Made by a program: the position numbers and the translations under genes
The notes under the pieces: generated by a model
Database searches by the model: none
The model's input: only the letters and a program-made list of their open reading frames with translations
Told to the model about the DNA's origin: nothing
From: Dimorphilus gyrociliatus
Taxonomy: Eukaryota; Animalia; Annelida
Reading direction: 5' to 3'
Assembly (NCBI GenBank): GCA_904063045.1
Contig: CAJFCJ010000017.1
Coordinates: 248,001 to 312,000 of the forward strand
Length of the DNA: 64,000 bases
Shown: in pieces, positions 12,329 to 24,200 of the stretch
How positions within the stretch are numbered: position 1 is the first letter of the stretch
Layout: each line of letters begins with the position of its first letter

Positions 12329-13977
12329 TTCTGGACGAATTTTATGTAATTATTCTAAAAAGACAATATATTATTATGAAGGAAGGAGAAGAGCTAATAT
12401 ATGAACATTTAGCTTCGTATCTCGCTTACAATCTATGATCGTAAGAGTATTTATACTCGCTCCATTCAATAGGTGTTGTTTATCAACAGGTATCTATGGC
12501 ATTCGCTATAAAGATTGACTTAATTCATAAAGGCATGCGCCTTCTTTGAATTGATTATTATAAAAATAATAACTATACAAATTGAAAGCTCTAACTTCTA
12601 TAACATTTGTAAAAATAACAGTCATAATTGTAACATTTTCCTTATTCTATTAATTCCTTCATGGCGGAAATCATTAATTGATATTCGTATTCTTATCTTC
12701 CCATTACAAAATTACTATTAAAAAGAATAGCGAACTTATACATATTAACAACCGGAAGTTATATTTAAAGAAGAATTATTTTTAACTATACATATTTATC
12801 AAATATTAGGATATATCTCGATTTTATTACTTTCAAAAGAGAGATTATTTCTGGGGAATTAAAGAAAATAGCTGACAAGAATGTCGAAAGAGAGAGAAAT
12901 ATGTTTTGAATTGAACAGAAAACAAGGACATCTCTTCGATTAAAGATTGTATTGATTATCAAAGTTTTCTTTATAGAGCAATTTAGAGTTTGCGTTAATT
13001 TCTTTAATTTTTCCACTTATTACTTAATCAATTCGGCTATTAATTAAACTAGACATAGACCTATGCTAAATGTTGTTTACTTCCTATATATATCGTAATA
13101 TGAACATATTGACTTATGAGTTTGATTACTCCGGAAATGAGTGATTATCTGTGGTTGAATAGCGATTAATTTTCACTAGTGTTATTCTCTTTCTTTATTA
13201 TAGATAGCAAATGCTATAGGTAGAAGAGAAAGCAAATTGGTCTTATTCCAACCGGAAGCATTAGGCTATTCACCCTTTTTCATTATCTATTTTACCTTTC
13301 ACTTGCCAATGAAGTTGTAAGCAAGATTCCAATCTAGAGGCTAGGTTTTTATCTTGGCAACGAGGTGTTTTTCAGAGAGATTTCCAATAAAAGAAATATT
13401 ACGAAACGCGTTTAATTGTTTACTTTTCGTTGAAAAACATCTTTTAACCTTTGAAAAAGCTGTACATTAATTATTAATAAGTTATTCGTACTGTCAAGGG
13501 CAATAAAAAGAGAGGAAGAGTGTAACGTAATTAATCTCTCAACCTAATTGTCTAGAGCAAATGCCTTAGGGAATATCGAAATCTGGTATATTATACTTCA
13601 ACTTTTTGGTCTGCTAAACGCAGAAGCATTAATGAATTTTTTATTGCTGTAATAAATTATTACAAAATCTCTAAGTTGTTTTATTGTTGTTCCTATATAC
13701 AGTGTATGAACAAGCTTTTTGTGGTTAGATTAAAATTGGTTACTTTTGAAATTTACACACTGTCTGTTGTATAATCTGTATGAAAGATATGAATAAGGAT
13801 AGAATCTGATATCCTAATTAAATTTCTAAAGGTATCAATCTTATAATCATCTTGTACTCATTCCTAATCCATCTGGAAACTTTGAAAAAAAGAAGAGAAG
13901 GGTTTATAATACAAGTCATAATAAACAAGTATACTGTATTAACATCAACAATAGAAATTACAATATAAACTATTTCT

Positions 13978-16900
13978 TTATGAAAATCGTTTCTTTAAGA
14001 TACGCTCAACAAGTAGAGCAAACGAGTGCATATCTTCTGCGCGCTTTTCATCATCAAGCATTGAAAAGTTTTCCCAGAAAACGAGATATTTCTTAGTCTT
14101 CTTCTAGAATGTATAAATGAAAATAATGAATACAATACCTAAGCTTTTTACATTCAAGATTCAAACCTGACAAACAACATTACGTTCGCTTAATTGACCA
14201 TTGAATGATAAAGAATTATCGTGAATATAACAGCAGGCAACTGCAATTCGTTTGATACAATAATAATAGTTATAGTTGCGAAAGAATTCATTAGATAGCA
14301 AAAGACTTTGATGAATGGTGGGAAGCGTCGAATGGCAGATGAAATTCTTGTTAAAAAGATGTAAATAGGAGGTAACTTTTTAAATAAAGGTGTAAACAAG
14401 TTATGTAATAATAATAATTGAATATCCCATTAAAGGTAATAAATCGTTATAGACTACTTACAAAACCTATAAAATTCCTTTTCAATCTCGTAAATGATTA
14501 ATTGTCTATAACGGAATTAGAAACGTGAACAAAGGTAATTTGAATAATTAATTAGAATACTTTCTATTCATTATCCTTTCTCGAGCTTTTTTTTGGGAGC
14601 TTCTTAATTCGGACAAAGTGTAGATAAGTGGATTAAGGATGGAGTTGAAAGGAATAAGGATAATGGTAATTATCGCATAAGTATCGTTGTTTATATTCAA
14701 TTTATTTAATGCAGATAAAACTCCTAAAAGGAATAATATTAATGATTAAATAGCAATGATAGTGAAGGATGAAACTAAAAGACCTAAAAGAGAAATTGGA
14801 AGCCAACATAGTAAATTTGTTAAAACAATCATTAAGATGGTTCTTATCAGTTTATTTTGAGTTTTTACATGAAGTTTTGATTCTTTCCACTTTTTCATTG
14901 ATCGTTTTACCTTCATTAATAAATCTATATAAATCGAGGCGTTAACTAGACTAAGACAAAGTGTAAATATTCCAAAGATTATAAATGAAAAGATCCATCC
15001 TTCCCTTTTCTCTCCTCCAATTTCAATATTAAAACAAATAGGTGAATTTGAATAAAATTTCTAAAATAGAAATAGGTTATTCAATGTTTGTTTTTTTTTG
15101 TCTAGTCAGCTAAATTTTCAAAAAAAAAAACCTTATAGAATATAACAGGAGCCAAACCAATAAGAAGAGAAATAGATATAATTAAAAGTAGTAGAATTTT
15201 GGAATATTTAGTTAGCATTGAAATATTTTTAGGATTTAAAATAGCTCTATGTCTATCAAGAGTTAATAAAAGTAAACTGGTAGCCGACAATACTAAAGAG
15301 CTAGTCATTATTATTCCACTAAATTGACAAAGTATACTTTCTTTCCAATTCTCCTCATTTTCCAGATAGCTTTTATAATAATGAATATCAACGCATGCAA
15401 TTATAAAGATATAGGTTGATGTAAAAAAGTCACCAATCGATAGGGATAGTCGATAAGGTTTTGATGGTTTCTTTGACTTTGATATTAGAAATATTGATAA
15501 TAAATTCAATAAAACTCCAGTGGTTCCAAGTATCCAAAATAGAATTCTTAAGATGTTATTACTCAATAAATTTGAACAAGTATTGAATAGAGATGAATCC
15601 GGTTTACAAATTATACGATTACCAATATATTTCCAACTTAGACAGCATAGTTTATATCTATTGCTGAAGATTTTAACTAAGTTTTTCAAGTATCTAACAA
15701 TGCGAACAGCCTGTTTAGCCGGGAATTCTGTATTGTTCAAGTACAATTCTTGTAGATTAATTAACTCTTTAAATGAAGTTCTTTCTATTGTACGAAGATG
15801 GCAATTTTGTATTTTAAGAACCCGTAGAAGTTTCAAATTATCAAATGTTATAGGATAGATATGAGATATAGCTGTTTCAGTTAAATCCATATAGATAAGA
15901 TTAATTGCAAGAGTTAGTAGAGAGAGTTTGGAGAAATCCAAAGGATTATAGGACAAATCAAGATACTGTAAAACTCTAAGAGGTCCTACTTTTAAAAAGT
16001 CTATAGTCTTTAAATTGTTTCTAGCTAGAATAAGAGTATACAAGTTTGGTACGATAATTGATGAGTCGTTTAGATATTGGTTGTTTGTTACGTTTAGATA
16101 AACTAGAGAATACGAACGAAAGAACTCTTGAAATTGAAGATTTCCTTCTAGGGTAGCTTTCTTAAAATTCTTATTGATTGAAGAGATTAGATTTCTTCCT
16201 TTATTTGGACTTTTGCAGATAATCTCTAAGAGAAATGGTTGATAACAGAATTTGATATTGGAAACGGGAATTTCGCAATTTAATTCATCACTTCCCAAGA
16301 AACAATCAATGATACCATTGCATAATTTATCAGAAATTAAAAATAGGCTTTCTTTTCTACACTTAAAAAATCCTTTCGCTATGAAATTCTCTATAAAAAA
16401 TGAAGAGAGAGAGAGAATAGAATGAAAGGTGTATAAAGTGATGAAATACCGCAATTATCTTCATCATCTTGATAGATACAATGATAATATCCATCGCAGA
16501 CAAACTTTATATCTATACAAAATTGTTGCTCTTTACACAAGTATTCTCCTTTATTACAAATAATGTTTTCATTGTCTTCATTAGAATTTATCATAGGAAT
16601 CTCAGTTCGAAGATTGTTCATTGAATCGTATGATACGCTCCTTTTTCTGTTAGATGTTTGTTGAGGGACGTTTAATTCGTCTAATAAATCTCTACAATTA
16701 TATATTCCGTCGCCTATAAACTCTCTTGGTAAACATTCTCCGTCGCATTCGAATTGATAATGGTGATTACAGCCTATAGTTAACTTTCATTGAGTTAAGA
16801 AGAACAAATAATTGTCATCACACCTTGACTAATGGCAGTTACTTCGCATATTTCGTCGCTAGAGTCGAAGCAGTTTTTCTCTTCATTACAAACCTTATTG

Positions 16901-19900
16901 TAAGGGATAGATTGACCATTTTTACAAGTATAGTTAAGATTTTTGGATAGTTTCTCATCGAATGTTTTCCATACTGAACGGATAAAACATTAGAAGAAAA
17001 GATGGGCGAGAAGATAAGTTGGGTTAATTGAAGTTTTAATACAATTTCTCTTTATAATTTACCGCAGTAGAGTTCGTCCGATTGATCATCGCAATCAATT
17101 TGAAGGTCACATACTAAAAGATAGCTTATTGTTTGATTATAGCTTTGACATTGATACTGCTCTAAGAGAGAATTTTTACATTCTTCGTCCTCGCCAGACG
17201 GACAATCAAAAATTCCGTCGCATAAATAAACATAATTAATACATATTTGATCTTTTGAACATAGAAAACTATTATTCTTACAATAGAATTGTTCAAGCTC
17301 CGTTATGGATAATCCGAAGTAATTGGATCGTTTCTCTCCTATTAAAGAAATATGTATGAATTAATAAATGTCGATATTAAATTCTAGACAAACTATACCT
17401 AAAATTTTATGACAAATCAATACGTTATTAATGATATTCTTGCATTTTGATGATAAAGAGAAATATCTTCCTTTACTACTGCCAATTATTTCCATACAAT
17501 CATCTCTAACATTTATATTGAAAGTAAAACTTTCAGGTGATTTCCTTTGATAAAGATGAAAACTATTCCAAAAATAGGAAGCTGGATAATTACCGATGGT
17601 CGTAAGAATTGACCTATTTTTATAATCAACTTTTCTCTTAATTGCTAAGGAAGAAGAGAAATATATTCTTTAAATATATACTATTATTAAATTTAATAAC
17701 CAACGACTGATAACTGCCAACTCTTTAGTTCCATTTCTAAATTGATTGAAGAAGATACGAAGAAGATAAATGATAGAGTGTTTATAAATAGTTGGAAGAT
17801 CTGTTAAAGTCCAATTTCTTTGAGAGCATAATCTAACACGGTTATTAATTGGCTCTTTTCTTTTCAATAGAAAAACATAGTAGCAAACATGACCGAATGT
17901 TAAAGCGTCCCATTCACTACATATGACTGTAGAGTACGTTATCTGTTAGTATCGTTATGAATATATAGTAAAACGTTATTACTTCCTCTATTCCGACATT
18001 GTAATAAAAAATTTTCGTTAGACTCTCTATTAATTAATTAATTAATTAATTAATTATTACTTAAGCTAAATCTGGTTACTCATTAATTTGGCAATTATGT
18101 AAATTTGTTTCATTTTGTTTGCATATCATTATAAACTGTTTAGATTCCGATACGTTAGTGTGTATAATTGTTCCTTCGTTAAAGCCAAAGTGGGAACAGA
18201 TTAATCTTACTTCGTTGTATCTTAGAGGTAACATACTCTGCCAATGAAGATTTTCGAATATTTGATACATTCCGATAAAACTATCGAAAGTGTGCTTATC
18301 ATCGACGAGTTCCATTGTTTCACTTTTAAATCTCAATGAAAAATCTGTTCATTTTTTATTAGAAATATCTATTTATAGAGTAATAATAACTAATCAATGA
18401 ATTACCTTTTACACCGGAACAATCAAAATACGGAAGTCTTAACGATTTTAGAAAATATGTGTTGTATATCTCTTCATAGCGCAGCTGACATTCGCTAACC
18501 TCCTTAGTTTCACTCTCAAAATAACAAGAAGACAATATCACAATCTTTAATAAAAGGTCAAATTGTACATATATTATATTTAAGTAAACCTATATTTGAC
18601 CTCTTTATAATCGTGTTTATTGACTGTAAAATATTTTTTCATCATACTTTTTGAAGGTGAAGAATTGAAAAATCTACAAAAAGTCCACGGATATTCATCA
18701 TATTCAAGGTCATAAAACTCTTGACTTAAATAATAAGCTGGTAATACTCCAAAAGTTTTCGAAACAAAGAAGATTTTAGTAATATTTATCAAACGATTAT
18801 ATAATTTTGAATAGATAAAAGTATTATTTTCATTTACGCCGCTTAATTCAACATTTAAATCTTTAATAATTAATTAAAATATATCTTTAATAAATACTAA
18901 TGAATATTCATTTACCATTTGTATCTAAATAAGCACAGAGCACTTCGTTAGAAGTGAACGATCTACTGATAGATATTAACATTTTAGCATCATTTAACGT
19001 AACTTTAAATGGATATTTATATGCTGCAATCTCATAATCGAACTGTTTAATAAATTGAACTTTTGAGCAGATCTTCAAATCGTAGTTCTTGTTCTTTATA
19101 GTAATAACATATACATCTTTTCCACTAATTCTTAACAATAGTACCAGAAACATAAAACTCATTTTAGCGAAGATATCTATAAAGTATATTTTGCTATTAG
19201 ATTATTATTATAATGTTATTTAACTAATTATTCAAAATTTCTCACACGGTCTCGTCCTTTTATAACATTTCAGACAAAATCCTACATCTGTTGTTTTATT
19301 GATGGTTAAACTGCTAAAGGAAAGAAACAACGGACGTTAGACTTTCTATTTTGTTTTATAATTGCCGAAATTCTTACAAATGATAGGCTATTGGAGAAAG
19401 TTGGATGGATACGTATGAAGTTACGTGTTCGGAAAGTTTACATGGATTTTGGATAGAATGAATATTATCATATCCCATATCATAACATAAATTATTCCTC
19501 GAAGAGCTATTTATTAGTAAAGAATAAGAAGAAAAATTCACAATATACGAAATATTGGTCGAAGTATTGAAATAGTTTAATAAACCATAAATGTAATTTT
19601 CGCCATCCTTATAAATATTCATAAAAGGTTTACTCCTATATTCTGTTAAGAAATCTCCATATATTTGCATATTATCAACTGCAAAAGATAATAGTTAAAT
19701 ATTTTACTAACCATAGTTACTGTCGCATTTATAATTTGGAATATAGATAAAATTGTCAGATATTCTCGAAAGTTCTCTTGGACTGTAATAGTTTAATGAA
19801 CAGCCAAGTAATTTTCCCTCTAGATGGACAGTTAGGCAATCTTGTAATGATATAACCTAAAAAATAGTTAAAAGATAGGCAAACTCTAATAGAAAAAATC

Positions 19901-21028
19901 CTTGAATACTGACTTGTTTAGTAGATGAATTACTAAGACGATAGGAGCTACTTCTTGGTTGAACGTTATCGGATATATTATAAATTGACAAGCATATAAA
20001 CTCTGACGGGAAAAAGTCCTTATCGTTATTACCACTGAAATATGGCGGAATTAATCCATAAGTTTTCGATATAAAGTATAATTCCGTTATATTTTCTAAA
20101 TAACCATACAACTTAGAGAATATATAGTTATTAGCCGGATTAGAGCCTAATCTTTCAATTGTTAAATCTAAAAATAGAAACATAAGAGATGAATAAATTT
20201 TACCTTTTAGTAAATAATATATTACCATTCAAATTGAAATAGCTACAGGTTAATTGTTTAGTTTTATTAAGTAGAACACTACTGATAATCATCTTATCTT
20301 GAGAATAATTTACAGAATAATTTCCGTTCGTATGATTTATTTTAAATGTTCTCCTCTTGACAAACTCTACCTTTTGACAAACTTCACTAAGACTTATATT
20401 CGAGTCTACTATCTGTTTTATTATTCCAGATGATTTTAGATATAGACGATATAGAATTTCATCTAGTTCTATAGCAAATATATCTGTAGGGAAAGATGTA
20501 TCTCTATAAGAATTTCTCTATTAGATGAATAGTTATCTTCTCCTTACAATCGGCATTCAATTTATAACATTTTAGACAAAATCCATCGCTATTGATAGAG
20601 GAAGATGCTACTCTAAAAAGTGTAGATATTGATATATTCGTGTGTTTCTTTAATTTTTGAATTTAAGGAAACTACTACAATTGAAAAGTATCTTCTTTCA
20701 ATTCAACCATGCTGTTTCCTCTCCTCGAATCAGTTATAAGACATGGATTAGAGATTGAATGTATGGTATCAAAGCCAGCTTTTCCGCACAGTTTATTATT
20801 ATTTAACGAATCAAAATCATAACTTTTAAAGCGAACAGGAAACGTTTCATTAGATAATGTAATTGAAATTAGGCCATATACGCTAGTAGTCGTTTCTTTG
20901 TATATTTGTATAAACATTTGTACATCATCAGAAAGTATACGACTCTTATTAGCTTTATTTAAAACTATTAAAGTTTGTACTAAGAATAGATAAGTAATAG
21001 AAAATAGTTGAAAGGTTGTATTCATCAT
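13978..21028 (-). CDS. GRL101-like receptor A: 2 N-terminal modules, SRCR-like, CTLD-like, 6 LDLa, LRR, class A 7TM, pseudokinase-like tail
   Basis: Signal-like MMNTTFQLFSITYLFL. LDLa repeats with DCxxxxDE. LRRs (LQYLDLSYN). TM1 LGTTGVLLN, TM3 LTLDRH, TM6 LCWLP, TM7 NPLIY. Tail ends ...IHDNSLSFNGQLSERNVVCQ/KKTKKYLVFWENFS...EDMHSFALLVERILKKRFS* at 13978. Confidence 0.88.
18029..18056. repeat. (TTAA)n self-complementary microsatellite, intronic in receptor A
   Basis: Perfect run attaattaattaattaattaattaatta. Confidence 0.9.
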
Positions 21029-21256
21029 TAAAGATTAACAAATTGTGAAAAAAGTACGAAAAAGAGTTAAACGACTCTTCTTCGTATGATAAATATTGAT
21101 ATAAAATCATAAAAAAACACTTTGTATACGGTTACTCAAATTAATTAATGTTGTAAAATGAAAAGAATCATGTTTATTAGTATTTAGAAGAGAAGAATTT
21201 TTATATGATCCACTTTTTAATGTCTCATTATAATAAATATATTGAAAAATGGGAAT

Positions 21257-24200
21257 TTATGATTTAGAATGTAGATATAACATTGTTTTCTTTCTTAATA
21301 CCGTTTTGACAAAATATCCAATAGCGTATACATCCTCTTTCTCTTTCTTTTTGTCCAAAATTGAGAAATTTGGCCATGAAACGTAATATTTCCCCTTCAA
21401 TTGTCATATTATTCAACATGGAAAGAGAATAATAGATAATAAACTAACCGCATACATTATATTCTCCTCATTCAATTGACCTTTGAATGATAATGAATAT
21501 TGATGAATGAACTGGCAAGCATTCAACACTTGTCTTATACAAATTAAATATTCCGAATTCATAAAGAAAGGTTTCGTTATCTCTAAAGAGAATTCATTTT
21601 TAAGATCATTCTCCCAAAGGGAAACGTTATTTGCATTGAAATCTCTTAAATATGCAAAGACTATAGAAAGAGAAACAAAAATGAGTAAGTTATAAAGGAA
21701 ACTAGTAATAATCACAATTTCTATATAATTTCATTTTTGTATTCTCTGCTAAAACCTTTTCTCTGTTTAGTGTTGAGACTTTTTTCATTTCTGAAATGTC
21801 TAATCCAGTTAGAATGGAGAGAATTAAAGGATTTACAAATGAATAGAAAGGACCCATAAATACGAATATTAATTTATTGTTTATGTAGTATGAAAGTTGC
21901 ATTATTGATGATAAAAGACCTAATAGGAAGACCAAAAACCAACAAAAGAATCCAACTAGTAATGCTAGCTTGAACAGATTGCTAAATTGACGCAAGCTGT
22001 CTATTTTTAGATTAGATGTCTCTTTTTTTCTCATTCTCTTCGATATAATCAAAGATAGGAAAAGAGTTGTTACACTAAAAGCCAGATTAAAGGTGGAGAA
22101 GATAAAAAACGATTGATTTTCTCTCTCAGTCTCTTCTTTTACAAATATTGAATTTTGACAAATTGAAGAACCTGAATCGAATTTCTATCAAACAACAGTA
22201 TATGTATACATGTAAATTCAATCTTTGAAACAACCTGTAAAAAGAGGGAAAAGAAGAATCCAAGAAGAAAGGAACAACCAAAGGTCAAGAGGGAAAATGG
22301 AATTATGTCAGATGTGAATTTTGATTGAATATTCGGATTTGAACAGGTGTTATAATATCGTTCAAGCGTAAATAATAAATAACTAGAATTTGATAGGAAG
22401 AGTGAAAATATCATTAAAAATCGTATCAATAAACATAGATAGCCTTCCATTAATTGTGCCTCATTTTCTAAGTAGGCCTCTTTAAAATATCCATCAATAA
22501 ATGCAATAATAAATGAGCAAGAGGAAGTTAATAGATGTCCAATAGAAATAGACATTTTATAGTAACTGTTTGATTTATTACCAACTTGAAAAAGTAGAAA
22601 CAAAGATAAAGAATTCGTTAATAATCCAATTAATCCTAAAGCCCAGAATATTAGCTTAAATACAATTGTATTCAATAGATTTGAACAGTTATCATTCATA
22701 TATAAAAGTTGAGGAGTACAGGTAAAACGATCGCCAAAATAGTTGAATATAAAACAACATAGTTTCAATTTACTGCCAAAAAGTTTATCAAGTTTTTTCA
22801 ACTGTAAAATTTTATGAAATATCCGAATTGTAGAGAATTTTGTATTATTTAAATGCAGTTCATTTAAATTCTTTAGCCATTTTGATAAAATATTATGAAT
22901 ATTTCTTATATAACAATTGTTTAATTTAAGAATTTTTAAATATTTCAACTTTACAAAGGTATTTCTATTAATCCGTGATATCTTTGAAGAAGATAAATCA
23001 ATATAAATTAGATTGGGAGAGTTTATTATCAATGAAAGATTAAAGGATATTAAAGAATTAAAAGAAATATCTATATATTGTAAAAGAGGTAATGAATGTT
23101 TTCTTAAAATATCCAGATTAGTTAGATTATCTCTCTTTAAATTTAAATAAACAAGATTAGGAGCATAGATTGATGATTTTGATGTTAAATCGTTGCTCTC
23201 AATACGTAATACAATCAACGAATACATTGTTTTTATAGAAACAATCTCTATTCTTCCAATTAGAGTAATTTTTGAAAAGCTTTCATTCATATAGAACGTA
23301 AAATTATCATTTTCGTTCAACGTTATATCATTAGCTTTCCTAATACAATAAATATCAAAAGGATACGATTCGTAACAATGTACTCTACGAATTTTTGGAA
23401 TATTACAAAATATTTCGTCACTTCCTTCCCTACAATCTATTTTTCCATCACATATTTTACTGTTGGTAAGAAACAATCTCTCATTTCTACATTTAAAATA
23501 ACCTTTCGGTAGAAATGTATCTGAAAATTTCATGCGAAAAAGAGGATTAATTTAAATAGGAAAAAGTTATGATAAACCGCAATTCTGTTCATCATCCTGA
23601 TGTAAACAATGATTAACACCGTCGCAAACAAATTGAATAGAGATACAATACTCTTCGGATTGGCATAGATACTTTCCAATACCGCAATTTATCTTTTTAT
23701 CTCCAACCTTTCTCTTTATATAAGGAATAGGAGTTTTCAGATTTTCTATAGTATCATACATCATAAGATCCTTCTTCTTAGAAGGGTAACTGTGCCATAA
23801 TTTTAAATTTCTCTTGTATTCAAATGCGTTGACTTCTCTATCCGATTTATCCTTACAACTATACTTTCCATCGCACAAGAAAGCTAATGGTAAACAATGA
23901 CCATCGCAACTAAATTGTCTATTCTCATTGCATCCTTTACAATAGTTTATTGTTTGTTTAAGTAATTTAATAAGAAATAAGAATAACCTATTTTTACCCG
24001 ATTGATATCCTTCGTAAATACTGATATTAGAATTGCATAGTTCATCACTTTCATCAAAGCAGTTTCTCTCATTATTACAAATATCTTCAAACTTGATACA
24101 TTGATGATTATTACATTGAAATCTTTAGGAGAGATGATAATCTTAATTAGATTTAATTAAATTCATGCCTTCTACCTGGAACTTTCAATGCAGGTTTGAT

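Noticed and set aside
12780-13977. Guanylyl cyclase domain following the kinase-homology-like tail of receptor A
   Set aside because: All four tails stop shortly after the alphaF-like motif, and no cyclase motifs are visible downstream.
22052-22250. Apparent frameshift between TM4 and TM5 ORFs of receptor B (pseudogene?)
   Set aside because: Resolved by a normal GT-AG intron; the frame continues KFDSGSSICQNSIFVKEETERENQSFFIF.
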